This document shows, piece after piece, positions 1 to 13,600 of a DNA stretch of 64,000 nucleotides (the stretch's first letter is position 1; each line of letters opens with the position of its first letter). Source of the stretch: Octopus sinensis. Taxonomy: Eukaryota. Both the position numbers and the translations under genes were made by a program. The notes under the pieces are model-generated. The model was not told the origin of the DNA, ran no database searches, and saw only the letters and a list, made by a program, of their open reading frames with translations. The stretch is taken from the NCBI RefSeq assembly GCF_006345805.1, contig NC_042998.1:66650001-66714000 (forward strand). Reading direction: 5' to 3'.

Positions 1-1519
1 CTACCATTCGCTATTTCATCTGTAATATATGCAACAAATATATTCTATTTTTGGTCACTACTTTCACCAATAATATGTGCTTCAAAATGTGCTAATAGTG
101 ACCGCTATCTGAGACTTGACCTGTAATATGTGCCATAAATATGAAACTAACCATGGCAAACGGAGAAAATTACAACTATGAAATAACAATATGCACTGCT
201 CCACAACGATTCAGGCAACTTATTTCTAAAAAAAGTTGTATATTTTTTAACTATTGGTTGCTATATTTGCTGTTTCTTTCTTCTTTTTTTTCATAACAAA
301 TTGACTAGAAATTTCTGCATCACTGCAATTTTTACAATATTGATTCGAATATTTCTTACAATATTGATATTTGTTGTCAGCATCGATGTGTGTCCTGTTG
401 CCTCCTTGTAAAATTTATATCGTCTGATGGTTATAATTCTTAGTCGAATTTGTATCACATTAACTTTACTGTGAATACTCTTGACAAAAATTGGAAGATC
501 GGAATATCTTATTTATCTTCCTTTAAATATTAAATGTATTGTGCCTTGTCACAATTAAGTATTATGTTCATTATCTATTTCTTTATTACTATCATTATGA
601 ACTGCTACTCTGAATATATAATATCTCTTTCAGAATAGCAAATATTGAATTTACCCTGCTGACGTCGTTCAGTAGCGTACATAGTTCAGCCCTGGTGCAT
701 TTGAGACAGTGTAACTTCTGTTCATAGAACGTTTATTCCCCCGGGAATCTTCCTCCATGTTTTTGCAAAATACGACAAACCAACGCTAAATATTTTGTTG
801 GTATACATCTTCCGTGAGCAACATAGAGAAGACCGACAATAATAACTAGAGAAAAGCGGTTCGCTATCACAGCTACATATTGATTTCAATCCATTGCTAT
901 AATTGCAAGTTCATAATGAGAGATATGAAAAATTCAACTCTTAGTCGATAGATTTTTCACGTGACAGACTTCAGCCAGTCGTATTTATACCTGTCAAGAA
1001 AAAGTGTACTATCCAAGCGCTATTTTAAGTAACGAATCTTCAGGTACGAGATTTTTGTAAACTGATAAAAGCCTAAGACTACTGAGTCTCCTTCCACCTT
1101 CTTTTCCACATCTTATCTAGTAACTGAAGTGGTAGATTATGCATACTAGAACGAGAAACAAAACTTGTATTCACTACAAACACTTCAACCACGTTCTCCG
1201 TTCTTTTCATTTTCCACTTTGTATTTCGCACTCTCTCTAACCCAAACCGTTTACCTTCCTATTTCTACTTGTATATGTTGCAATGTATGGATATCCTGAC
1301 AGTAAATAGTTTCCTGACGATGTAAACTCGCGACTATTGCTTTAATATCAAATATTTCATTAATGATAATAACATTAGCAACCTTAGATTTCAGGCTCTT
1401 TCTTGTTGAGAATAATTCTATTCTGTCACACAAAGATGTTTCCACTGTTAATAGAATGTGTTATCACTACCCTGCGTGCTGTTGATTGGAGTTTGCGACA
1501 ACATTCTATTTAATTAAAG

Positions 1520-1790
1520 CAAGTGATTGCGTGGTTTTCAGGGAAGATATCTTAGACCATAACACTGCGCATGTTGATTCAGTCCGTTTTAAACTAATTT
1601 CCTTTTTTAAATTTAGTATTAAATATTTTCTTAGTGAGACAAGAGTGAGTTCATTGACATATTGGGATCTAGCTAACCCATCATCTCTATATAAGCGGAA
1701 ATCAATAAGGGGAATATTCTCATTAAATTCTGCTACAATATAAAGGTCAATAAACTCGCACTTTATGGCGTTATATCCGTCGTATCACTA
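1520..1790 (-). mobile_element. Degenerate Penelope-like element (PLE) reverse transcriptase fragment, Naiad-like
   Basis: Manual minus-strand translation gives YDGYNAIKCEFIDLYIVAEFNENIPLIDFRLYRDDGLA, resembling the PLE RT motifs YDGAExCELVGLYI and LYRDDGL (YRDDG at ~1677-1691). Not in the ORF track. Decayed sequence may continue to ~1250. Confidence 0.6.
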
Positions 1791-2970
1791 CACACATATG
1801 CCGAAAGATTATTTTGGATGTAGTTTGATTCGATAGAGTATGTTCGAGCGTGTGTGTGTACGCGCGTGTGTGTATGTGTGTATTATTCTTAGGCATTACT
1901 TTAAGCTGGACTCGAGTGTGGGGTTATTATTTAAGAGTTCCAGAATTTCGAAGACTACGGGACTACATCTTGGCCAGTACTGTTCCCGACTATACTGCGA
2001 TATGGTGTAGTGGCACCTGTCAGGGTGTTTTCGAAGAAAGCCTCACTATGTGGTTACTTAATACTGTGTCGCATTCCCTCAAGATTTTTATTCATGGATA
2101 CCTGTATGTATGTATGTTTGTATGTTTGTATGTATGTACGTATGGATGAATGGATGGATGGATGAATGTATGTAGGCATATATATATGCATGTATGTATA
2201 CATGTATGTAGGCATATGTGTATGTATGCATATATATGTACACATATGTGTGTTTGTGTCTCTGCTTGTGCCTCTGTGTGTCTGTGTGTCTGTGTTTGTG
2301 TAGGTAATTATACATGTAACTAGGCAGTTTCGTTGTTCGGCCGATTGGTTCGTTGGTTCGTTGGTTGGTAGCTTGATATATATTTGTAGGTTTGTGTTAA
2401 GTCACCGACGGTCCTGTCTGCATGTCAGGTGGCGTTTGTTTTTTGCTTTTGTTTTTGCTCTTTTTTTCTTGTGTAGGACAGTCCATTGCTCATACACTCT
2501 AGATCGCAATCAACGCCGTCAGAATTCTCAAAAAGAACTGCATTTGTTACGATAGGAAACAATTTCCTTAAAAGCGTTGCCGTTAGAACGCCTAGAGTCC
2601 GTTTCGATGAGACAAAATATTTTGGTCAACGATCAGACAATTACGTTAATCCAATGCCTGGATCGCGTGCTCTTTCTTTTTCAATAAGGTCTAAATTACA
2701 AAACGTAATCTAGAGCTTGATAAATGTGGTGTCATTTCAAATGAAATATGTTACCAACATTGCAACCTAACATTCCGATTACTACGCATGGACTAACATC
2801 TATATTCCATGTTGATTTAGTGTATGTTACTGTTTAGCTTCGTCATAACTAATAACTGAAGTTATTATTTTGAGTTTAGAGTATTAAAAATAAAAGGTTC
2901 TGATTTCCGACCAAATCAAATATTGCAATTAAAAATGTATAGGTATTATATTTATATACGGGAACAAGCT

Positions 2971-3127
2971 CGAGTGGCTGTGTGGTAAGAAGCTTGCTTC
3001 CCAACCACATGGTTCCGGGTTGAGTTCCACAGTGTAGTACTTAGGGCCAGTGTTTTATACTATAGCCTCGGGCCGACCAAAGTCTTGTGAGTGGATTTGG
3101 TAGACAGAAACTGAAAAAAGCCCGTCG

Positions 3128-3128
<1 letters not shown>
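2971..3128 (+). mobile_element. SINE family B, 5' part (tRNA-like head and body) ending at the internal (TA)n tract
   Basis: GAGTGGCTGTGTGGTAAG and GGTTCCGGGTTGAGTTCC A/B-box-like motifs. The body ctatagcctcgggccgaccaaag..gtgagtggatttggtagac recurs at 33052-33150 (-) and ~39810-39880 (+). Confidence 0.75.
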
Positions 3129-3184
<56 letters not shown>

Positions 3185-3187
<3 letters not shown>

Positions 3188-4605
3188 TGGCGGCCAAAAT
3201 GATCAGAACGGTTGCTTTTACTCCGTGTTTTAGTATATTTAACCGGCGAACTCTAATGTTTTGAATTTGTTTATGTGACGGTACGTTTACTAAACATTAG
3301 TAAGAATATTTGCAGTGTACTTTGTTAATATAATGCAACTTACTCCGTTACCAATTCGTCAGCAGATTATTAAGCTTCGAAGGAAGGATAATATAAGTAC
3401 TGGATCTATTGCAAAGATTGTTAACAAGTCAAAATGTGTTGTACACGGTATTCTTAAGGTCTACGATGATTGTATGGTTCGTGTGAAGCAAGAAAGTTTA
3501 CAGGTAGGCCAAGAAAAACGACCAAGAGAGAAGATCGTGCTATGGTAAAGTTGGTTAGAAAGGACAGATTTAAAACTGCTGCTGCTGCTGTTTCTCGGAA
3601 AATGAGCATTGTATTGAAGAAAACTTTATCTCGAAAAACTGTGTCTCGTCGTTTAGTTGAACATGACCTACAAGCAAGAGCACCTGCAGTGAAGCCACTG
3701 ATCAGCTCCAAGAATAAAAAATGTCGTCTTACCTTGGCAACCGAACATGTGTTGTAGTCTCAAGAAAAATGGCAAACAGTGCACTTCCGCGATGAATGTA
3801 AATTTGTTATTTGGGTACGTTTGTCAAAATGTAGGTGCAAAATTGTCGCCTAAATGCCTTAAGACTAGTGTTAAATTCGGTGGAGGAAGTGTCATGGTTT
3901 GGGGGATGATATCTGGAGATGGTGTGGGCCCTTTGGTGCGATTACATGGAAAGGTAAATGCAGGAGTTTATAAACAACTTGTTAAAGATCATGTCTTGCC
4001 TGTGCTGTGAAATTCAACTAAGCGACCACCCATATTCATGCAGGAAAATGCCCCATGTCACAAGGCTAAGGTGGTCATGAACTTCCTCAAGGCTGAAAAG
4101 GTTATTGTTATGGATTGGCCTGCTCAAAGCCCAGATCTCAATCATTTGAAAACGTATGGAATATTCTAGGAGAACGTTCGAAAGCCAGAAATCCTAAAAC
4201 AACTGAGCAATTATGGAATGCCCTTCAGGAAGAATGGAATAAGATCACCCAGCAAGAAATTGAAAATTTTATTTCCTCATGCAGTCGAAGATGTCAAAGT
4301 GTGATTGAAGCTAAAGGGCTTCACACTAAATATTAAATAATTCCAGTATTCTCTGTCATTTTTGATTATTTTGTTATTTTTCAACCGTTCTGATCAGTTT
4401 GGCCGCCATGGGTTTTGCAGTGAATCACTAAATCATTCATAACTTTTGTATTATTCTCTCAAATTACACCAAAATCTCAGACAATAATAATTCATATTGT
4501 ATCTATTATCTGTGAAAATTGTAGAATATAAAACTTATTTGATAAAAACTTATACTTACTTTTCTGATGAAAACAATGCCTTTCTGAGTATTTTGGCCGC
4601 AATTG
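3185..4605 (+). mobile_element. Tc1-family DNA transposon, near full length (~1.42 kb), inserted at TA within (TA)n
   Basis: TA|CAGTGGCGGCCAAAATGATCAGAACGG at 3185 and an imperfect inverted end TTTCTGAGTATTTTGGCCGCAATTG|TA at 4581-4605, enclosing a broken transposase. Confidence 0.92.
3333..4336 (+). pseudogene. Tc1 transposase (DD34E), frameshifted with stops
   Basis: Frames give TGRPRKTT, TVSRRL, FRDECKF (D1), KFGGGSVMVWG, FMQENAPCH (D2 mutated to E), WPAQSPDLN-frameshift-ENVW (E) and GLHTKY*. There are 34 residues between D2 and E once the frameshift is corrected. Confidence 0.92.
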
Positions 4606-4608
4606 TAT

Positions 4609-4696
<88 letters not shown>

Positions 4697-4751
4697 ATAT
4701 ATGTACGTATGTATGTATGAATTTATGTGTGTGTAAGTATGTATGTGTAAG

Positions 4752-4945
4752 TTTGTGTGTCTGTGTTTGCCTCCCTCCCGCCGACAACGCTTGACAACCG
4801 ATGCTGGTGTGTTTACCTCCCCGTCACTTAGCGGCTCGGCAAAAGGAGACGGGTAGAATAACTACCAGACGTATTTGACTAAAGGTGATGCTCCAGCATG
4901 GCCGTAGTCAAATGACTGAAACAAGTAAAAGAGTAAATGAGTAAA
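4752..4945 (+). mobile_element. SINE family B, 3' part (separated from 2971-3128 by the Tc1)
   Basis: gcttgacaaccgatgctggtgtgtttac...gctccagcatggccgtagtcaaatgactgaaacaagtaaaagag. The same module occurs at 18571-18780 (-), 18919-19130 (+) and 32500-32680 (-). Confidence 0.75.
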
Positions 4946-5429
4946 TGTCTTATAAATAATCATATAAAATCATGAACATATTTTCTTTTAAGTTACATAT
5001 AACAACAAACATACGACACCGTTTTCTGCAATATGGCAAACACAGTTCTGTGGCTCTACCTGCTACGGCGTTACATTTAGATATAAACGTGATTTTTTTA
5101 CAGTATCTTAAATATTTGGCTAAACTAAAATCCGTAACTCAATCCTGTGCATAGAAAAACATATGTACCCACCTACATACACATACAGTCTCCAACACCG
5201 CCGAATATCTTCCGGCTATTTCCAGTTAGATTTCACGCTGTGATGACCATTCCAGATATCACAGCTAATTTACGCTTTTCGACTGTCCAACTGTAATATA
5301 AACTTATCGCATCCAACTTACGTCACGAGTAAACCTCTAAATCTTATTCAACTACATATTGAGTAAAGCACAACGCAGACATACTTGTAAAGTGCTATTT
5401 TTCATGACAAAAATGTGATTTTCCTTTAT

Positions 5430-5520
5430 TAATAATGTTGGTTTCATCTCGATAGGATGAAGGACAAAGTCAACTACAGTGGCGTTCGAACACAGAACGT
5501 AAAACATTTTGGCCGGTACG
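5430..5520 (-). mobile_element. SINE family A fragment
   Basis: gataggatgaaggacaaagtcaac..gttcgaacacagaacgtaaa resembles the copies at 46636-47357. Confidence 0.5.
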
Positions 5521-5527
5521 GTTACTA

Positions 5528-5880
5528 TTGGGTTGTCCGGAAAGTACGTGCCGATTTTTGAAGGAAAGAAAAAGGTCAATAAATACTTGCTATTACATTT
5601 TTAATCAACCAAATATGAACCATTTTGTTGCACAATGCGTCTCCATCTCTCCTTTAACTTGAAGATACCATCTTCTGAAAATTGAGGTGGTTTCATGGCA
5701 AAGAATGCATCATGGTATCTTTTTACGTCATCCAAGGAATTGAAAGTTTTATCATTAAAATTATTCTGCACAGACCTCAATAGGTGGAAATCCGAAGTAG
5801 CAATTTCTGGTGAATATGGAGGGTGGATTAACACATACCAACCGAGCTGCAGCAACTTTTGCCAGGTTCCCAAAGCGTCA
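5528..5880 (-). mobile_element. Mariner transposon 3' fragment with one TIR
   Basis: ORF 5601-5873 encodes LGWYVLIHPPYSPEIATSDFHL...KLKERWRRIVQQNGSY (mariner C-terminus). TA|TTGGGTTGTCCGGAAAGT TIR-like end at 5528. Confidence 0.88.
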
Positions 5881-6133
5881 AATGCCGAAAATGAACTTTC
5901 TTATCTTCCATTTTAAAGGGTTACATAATTAACACAGGTCATAAGAACATAAATCTTCTTCCACGAAAAGATAGCTTAAACTGTGTTCTAAGTAGGTGCG
6001 TAGTCAAATCATATTTATGAACTCAACCATGTTCTAAAATAAGTCGAAAGATAAATCGGCATGAACTTTCTGGACAACCCAATATTTTACCAGCTTAACA
6101 TTTTACTTTATTCATAATATTGATTTCAAATTT

Positions 6134-6330
6134 TCACACAGGGTCAGCAATTTCGCGGAAGGGATTAAGTCGATTGCCTAGACCCCACTGCTGAACTGCT
6201 AAATTTTTATCTACACCAAAATGATGAAAAGCGAAGTCGACTTCGGTGGAATTTGGACTCAGTATGAAGACGGGTGAAATACTGCTAAGCATTTTGTCCG
6301 GCGTGTTAGCAATTCTGCGAGATTGCCCCC
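6134..6330 (-). mobile_element. SINE family A (tRNA-derived), 3' tail type X
   Basis: On the minus strand: head gcagaattgctaacacgccggac, B-box-like ctgagtccaaattcc, body gaagtcgacttcgcttttcatc, tail gaaattgctgaccctgtgtgaaaatttgaa. Confidence 0.7.
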
Positions 6331-7392
6331 TTAAATTTACTAGTAAGTTTGAGACTGTTTCATCACATAATATTTCACTCTGCGTTAACAAACAGTCCTA
6401 TATATTAAACATGTTTTTAGTGTGTGTATGTGTGTGCATGTGTATGTGTGTGCGTGTGTATGTGTGTGTACATTATGCAAGAGTATGTTCTTATATATTT
6501 ATATGGATATATATATATATATGTATAGATAACTCTAAAGTTTAAAACATACGATCTTGCAGTGGTAAACCTGTACTTAGTTGTGATTATTAGAACACGG
6601 AACAAGGATGGCGATTGGATAAATATTTAGAAATGATTCAAACGCTAAATCCCATGAAATAATGTATCCATTCTTGTAATTGGATCATTTCTTTGTGTTC
6701 ATTTTAAATTTTGTAGTCCGAAGGGAGGAAAATATATATATTACATTTTTGTTGGTGATTTAGTAACACTGTCATTTTGATGGTGCACTACATGTAGGAT
6801 ACATAGATGACGAAAACAGAATTAGGTCCCATTTCTACTGAAACGTGTCCACATTTTCTGTTGTTGTAACTAGTAGAGTCGTTCCAAAGCCAATACGGAT
6901 CATGTAGGTATTGACTAAGATCTGTCCAATGATGTGTGACTGTTTTAATTTAGAAATCGGCACATGACGGTTTTAATAATAAACAATGCAATTTGTAAAT
7001 ATATGTCTGCCTGTCTATGTGTATGTGGGAAGGTAGTATGCATGTATGTACCTATATATATGTATCATTTTTCTTTAAGTTTAATTTAAGTTGCTGATAA
7101 AGTGACAACACATTTTGAGTTAAGGGAGTTCCTGTTGATTTTGAAAATATGTCTTTGAGTTGGTGCGTTGGTTGAACTCTCGATGCATACACTCAAGTAT
7201 GCGCATCTATTCCATAAAGAATCTCACATGGAAAATTTCTGGAATGTCTCACATCACTGTGTCGCCAACAGATTGGATTTGGAGAATCCGTGTCAGTTTC
7301 TTTTAATCTTTGGCCGTAAAACAAAGTGTTTCTAGGATTGTGTGCTAATTTGTTGGTACTTAACATGATGCACCTATAATTATCTATGTATG

Positions 7393-7423
<31 letters not shown>

Positions 7424-9114
7424 GTGTGAGACTTTGTTCACATAATTATCCATAATTAAAGTATTCTTTGATTTTGCAACAGTCATCAGTTGTCTATTTT
7501 TGCAAGAGATCCTTGTAGCTTGCCCTGAGGAACAGAGATAGTCATCCAGAATATTGACATGGTAATCTGGATTTGACAAGCAGTTGTAGTAATATCGCTA
7601 TAAACACTTTGGCTATTAAATAAGAATGTCACATGTGTAAGGTTTAAAAAATGAACATTTGCATGAATAGCGAAATAGTTCAACTTTGTTTTCAAAATGT
7701 TAAACTACAAAGGACACACTAAACATTTCATGATAGATTTTAGTTTCTTCTTTTTTATAGTTTGTTAAACAAACATCATTTGCTATCTCTTGACATTATC
7801 TGGCTTAGTTTGTATTTCGTTTGCTTTACTTGTCAATCCTTAATCATAATAACACATGTTACACCTGGGATTGGACGTTATACAATCTTCAAACGGACGA
7901 ATGTCATATTATGTAGTTTATATATTTGGTTCGGAGAATCGTTAAAATTTGTTGGAGAGGTGTTTGTGAATTGTAAATGGCACCTTGTCACGAGATTGCG
8001 ACAACATTAGTACTACAACGATAACTGCTGTAAATCAACACAGTATTATTTCCGCTAAAAACAAACTTATTCGTATATCAACATTTTCTTTGTATTTGGT
8101 TCCTCCTGATGCTATTGATATTAAGATCTATTCCCTAGCTACCAAATAAACAACAGTTCTCATTCTATATTCTGCAGTTCTACTCTTCTATTCTGTCATC
8201 TATTACCACTGACAATATATCTCGATTTGCACTCTTAGGAGCAGGTGTTTACAAAATACGATATTATAGACGTTGGTATTTCAATCACATGATAAAACTA
8301 ATGACAACAGAGACTCGAAACTTCCATTAACACTGCAATCAACCGCATGAAAACTAAACTAAATGACAATTTCTCCATGGAACAACGAGTGCCAAAGTAA
8401 ACCCCTTTGAAAGCTGTTCAATGTAAAGTAAATAGTAAATTGTGATAGCACCAAACCTATTCTAAATATGAGATGTTTAGCCAATATTGCAAATAATAAA
8501 GATTGGCATTGTTGGGAAGAGACTGCACAATCATGAAAACTAATCGTAGCAGTGTGGACATATTTTTCTGTGATGTTATTCATACCACAATCAATACTAC
8601 AATAATATATTTAATGATTTAACTGCCTATGGGTGTATGTTTGATTTGTATCATTTGTAAATACTTACGCAATTTCGTCTTGTGCGAAATAATATCGTTA
8701 TCAGGTAATATACTTGCGAATACATCTGTACATATTTCAATAAATGTCCAAGGATAATAGATATTTATGTTCGTACATTTATGAGTTAGTCGATGAATAT
8801 GTAAATAGAAGTTGTATGATCGAACAATTCATATGTTAGGTATTTCCGAAAAAATAATGTCTTGCATAAAGAAAGCAAAATATATAATGGAATGATATAA
8901 ACCAAGTATTTTGATGATATATGTCTAATATAGTGAGCAAGTTGAATTTAGAGGGAATTTTTATTTGGAATAGAAAAGAGAGAAAACTAGACTAGAGGAA
9001 TACATTTAATCTTCAGTCACAACACTACTGATTCTCCTTACAATTTATTCAGATATATCTTGTTATTTATATTTGGTTACGTTTATCAATATAACTCTTT
9101 ATTATTTATTGGCA

Positions 9115-9200
9115 GAAAGGCCGTGAGCTGGCAGACTTGTTAACATGCCAGACAACATTCTTAGAGGCGTCCCCTCCGTCCTTGCATTCTAAGATTCAGC
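9115..9200 (+). mobile_element. Old SINE family A head fragment
   Basis: ggccgtgagctggcagacttgttaacatgccagac resembles the family A head. Confidence 0.4.
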
Positions 9201-9923
9201 CTGTGATAAGAATTTGTTAGTAGGCCGATGTTCCTTCATTAGTGAGATTTTAACCAAAGGCTTATTCAATTTCTATAAGCAACGTTCTAGCCCGAAGAAT
9301 GAATGTTTCACTCTTCTTCGTTATAGCTGTGACTATTTTAGTTCTTGATGTTTAACATAAAGGTCACCCTTGATCTGACTTATGGCATGTAACTAGATGA
9401 TATTACGACGACTAGCAATTTCTTCTACCGTAATAATAATAGACGGATAGTTTATCCACTCTAAGGAATACTGTATTCTGGACTCTATCATACAATATGC
9501 CCTTCATTTCTTAGGTTGAAAAGGGAAATTTGAAAAGATTTACCCCTGATTACATAGGACACCAAGTGTTGTAACCAAGCATTTGTAAATTGTGTGAAGC
9601 TTTTAATCCCATGATATACGTATGCAAAGCATATTATCCGAACATTTATCTTTTTAAATATAAATCAGTTTTCATATGACAACTATTGGATGTTCTCAAC
9701 GCAACTGAGAGAATATGCAAAATTCAGAGAGAGTGAATGAGAGAGAAAGAGTAAATGAGAGAGAGCACCATCTGCCAACGATGTGGTAGAGAGGCCTAAT
9801 GAGTACATCTTTGATCAGAGATTGTTTGGTGGGGGTGTTTAGCTGAGATCGAGGTTTGACTACCTATACGCAACTCTCTTTAATACTCGTTTCATATTGA
9901 GTCTTTTCATTTTTTACAGTATG

Positions 9924-9969
<46 letters not shown>

Positions 9970-11334
9970 TAGAGAAACATATAACTACCATTTATTGTAT
10001 GCTAAGATACCACGTAAAGTATTTTGCACTTGTTCAAGATAACTGTAGCAGATTATGGTGCAATTTAGACAATAGTGATGGCTAAGGTTCGAAATAAAAT
10101 ATAAAATGGTGCTAGACTAAATGAACTAAATGGACAAAACTTTGTAAGACAAGGCTCTAAGAAAATTTGATAAGAAAAGATGACCCTTAGGAGAACCCGT
10201 AAGATCTGGATGTGATAACATTGTAATGTGGTAAGTCTAATCTGAAAATTAACATTCCTCGTAATATATCACACTATCTCCACTTTTTCGTCTGTTGGGT
10301 AGATGTAGATAAGAAAGAAGAGATTAAATATCATGATGGGTATATTAGCTAGCACAAGGTTAAATTGTTTGAATCTGTTATCAGAAGTGCCTTGGTGACA
10401 GCTTCTTTCATTAGATAGATTTAACAGAATTAATTACTGTACATAATGACAGTATTTACATAATAATGGGATGTTGGTTAATGATGTGTTATATGTGTGT
10501 GTAATTGTCGAATTAAGGCAATGCAGTTACTGAATGCGACGGTTTTACGTTCAGTTATGATAATCAGTCAGTGATCTGAATGTGGAAAAGCAGATAGCTG
10601 TAGACCACGACATTATGAAGAAGAAAACCTATAGTTTAACTAAAAATGTGTAGTCTTTTGTCGGTGACAGTTAATAAATATCATGAAGATTAATGGATTC
10701 ACGTGCCTCCGCTCAGCGGGAATTCTACTAGCTCCCGTTGTCAAAGAAATAAGTGTTACGGAGGTCTGTAAACAACCTTGAAAGTGTATGTTAAAGTGCA
10801 CAGAAAACATGAAGCCAACCTGAAGAACTGCAGACAATAACAAATTGAAATAAATGGGCAATTGAAGCAAGGCTAAATACCACTAGAAAAGGAATAATCG
10901 AACTAACGAGTGTGTGTTGCGGAACGTTATTTCTTGCGTATGTACCTTACAAACTTCTATCAAGTTAGTGAATGACAACAGTTTCGTAAACAGAGCAAAA
11001 TTTCCAACAGCTGTTTCATTATTTATATAAAACTGTGTAAATTTATATTAATATCTGCTTAAAATTGGACGTTGTTATAGAAACAAAATGCTGCGACATT
11101 TACCTCAAGAGAACTTCTCATGGAACTATGCCTTCCTTGACTTGTTTAAACGTCGCCATCATCAACTATCTAATTTTCCGCATTTAAATCATTTAATAAT
11201 TATCACAAATGAACGTTAAGAGATAGCAGGGATTCCTCTGTCAGCGATATACATAGAATCTCAATGCCTACTCAGATACCTGCAAGAGAAGCAGATTTAA
11301 ACCAAAACTTAGTATTGTTGCCCTCGGAGATAAG

Positions 11335-11369
<35 letters not shown>

Positions 11370-12814
11370 AAATATAAGAACTGACATTCCGTCGGTTACA
11401 ACGACAAGCGTACCCGTTAAACGCATCAATAGAGCAGCCTTCCAAATAAATTAACATGTAATCATTCTGTATTCCACCCACGCCTGTACCCTTAATGCAT
11501 ATCCAATAATAATTTGCATAGAGCTTGTTCGCTCAGGAGAAGGTTTAAAAGAACAATCAACACTTTTATCGCTTGAAAGTAACGCAATTCCGCAACTAGA
11601 AATTTTGGAGTACTAGCAATCAGCACCAGAAATAAACCCATATTGTTGAAGAAAATTTACTCTACTTCACTTAAATCCGGATGCGTTCAAGTTTATTCCT
11701 TCAGGATCTTCGAATAAAAACCCAACCATGAGTAAGGACTTGCGCAATCTTTAGAGTAATATAGGGCTGCTTTCTTGTACTTGTTCCGGCTGCCGTGTCC
11801 CTAATGGATTGGTACCTTTAATCTGTTGGCTCGTCTGTCTTCCCCACCGAGGTAATTTCAGCAGAATTCATTCCTTTCCAATTTCGTCAAGAGCATTCTT
11901 CGTATTTCCGGTCACAGGTCTTGAAAGTTCCGCAAAGAAAACACAGGACTGCACATGTCCCCTAACTAAGCGATAAAATAAAATAGAAATAAACCATTAT
12001 TATATGTAAAGAAAATAAATGTAGATAGGGGTAGCAAAATAAATGGGATTGCACTCAAAGCAAAAATACGAAGATAAGCAAATGAAAGCAAATGAAAGCA
12101 TTCACACACACACTATATATATATATATATATATATATATGAGGAGCTGCATTAAAATTTTATGTTGCGATTGTGCTGACAATGAGCATTCAAAAGTAAT
12201 AAATGAAACTATCAAAAAAGAAAGAACCTCATAAAATAGGAAAAAAGCGCCATTATTTCTAATGGGTTAGATACAAACTATAAAACTGATCACCTATCTT
12301 AAAAAATTTTCACAAATTTTACCATATATATACATAGCGCACACAATAGCACATACATGCACGCTCGCTTGCGCACATAATAATTCGTACATTAACACAA
12401 AAACACATACATATTCTCTCTCACTCTCCCTCTCTCTCTCTATTTCTCTGTCACACATACGCACATACTCAAATGCTATCACATGGTCCTACCATCACAC
12501 ACTTACAGGAGAGATAAAGTAATTAAGTATTGTTTTTAATTTCACACTATAAAGTGCATATTTTTTTTCTTATAAGTAAAAGAGTTCGGGTCAGATTGGT
12601 TTGAAAAACCAAAATTATTTATAAGCTGAGTGGCTTAAGGTTACGTTACGCATTGAGATCCTATTTTTATATGTTTTAACTTCCAACTGTGTGGTAAACA
12701 AAAATGAATACCAGTCGAGTATTAAAGCAGGATGGAGTTCAAAAGATCTGCCTGTGAATCTGTACCGATGCTAATTACCATTATATCTAGTGTTTGATAC
12801 ATTTTTTTTAATAC

Positions 12815-12874
12815 AGGGCCTGATTAAGATACTTAGAAGCCCTAAGCTCTTAAAATACTTTGGAGCTCCATATT

Positions 12875-12925
<51 letters not shown>

Positions 12926-13600
12926 ATATACACATACATAGATACATATAAGTAATTCAAAAGCCAAACATATTTTTTTTTCGAAATGAGACAAAACAAA
13001 CAGTAAGATAGTAAATAGTGTTTATTTATATATACTTCCACTTTATATTTGAAAAGTTTTCTCCTTTATTTTTTAATAACAAAGTTTTTGAACAGATCCT
13101 CAAAATTAATCTTACATAGCACATCTGTTTCTATGCTCAGTAGAGATGAGTTATCCAGAATTAGCAATTTTAAACTGATTTCTTTTGCGCTCTAAGCCAT
13201 TTACCATTTCTCTGGTACCTCCACTTCCCTTGATACCTTAAAGGTCCTTATTACATTTAATTGTTAATCCACCATTGATTTAATACGAAACTTGTTAGAA
13301 CTGCGTGAAAGCCTTGCATTTTAAGTTTTATTTCTATTTGATGCATATAAATATATTTTTTTTCTTTAATTTACTCTCACACTTAAAGTTATTTAACGCG
13401 TAATACTTCAATACACAACGTAACAATGGGCATATTGTTACAGATTACATGAAACTTTGAAATTTCTAGAAATTTATGATAGCTTTTGCAAGCAGATGTA
13501 TTAAATCCGTTCGAATGTCATGAATAATTGTACCTACCGGTACTTTGTCTTCTCTTTGACATCGAGGACTCTTCTCAGTAATACGGAGTGTTCTATTTTC
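12815..13600 (-). mobile_element. Possible decayed hAT transposon 3' end
   Basis: Minus-strand LDNSSLLSIETDVLCKINFEDLFKNFVIKK (~13070-13160) resembles the hAT C-terminal dimerisation region. CAGGGCCTGATTAAG at ~12816 is TIR-like. Confidence 0.35.

Noticed and set aside
13440-13600. PVGTIIH, faintly like a Merlin/ISXO2 transposase
   Set aside because: Short match across frameshifts; a hAT origin is equally possible.
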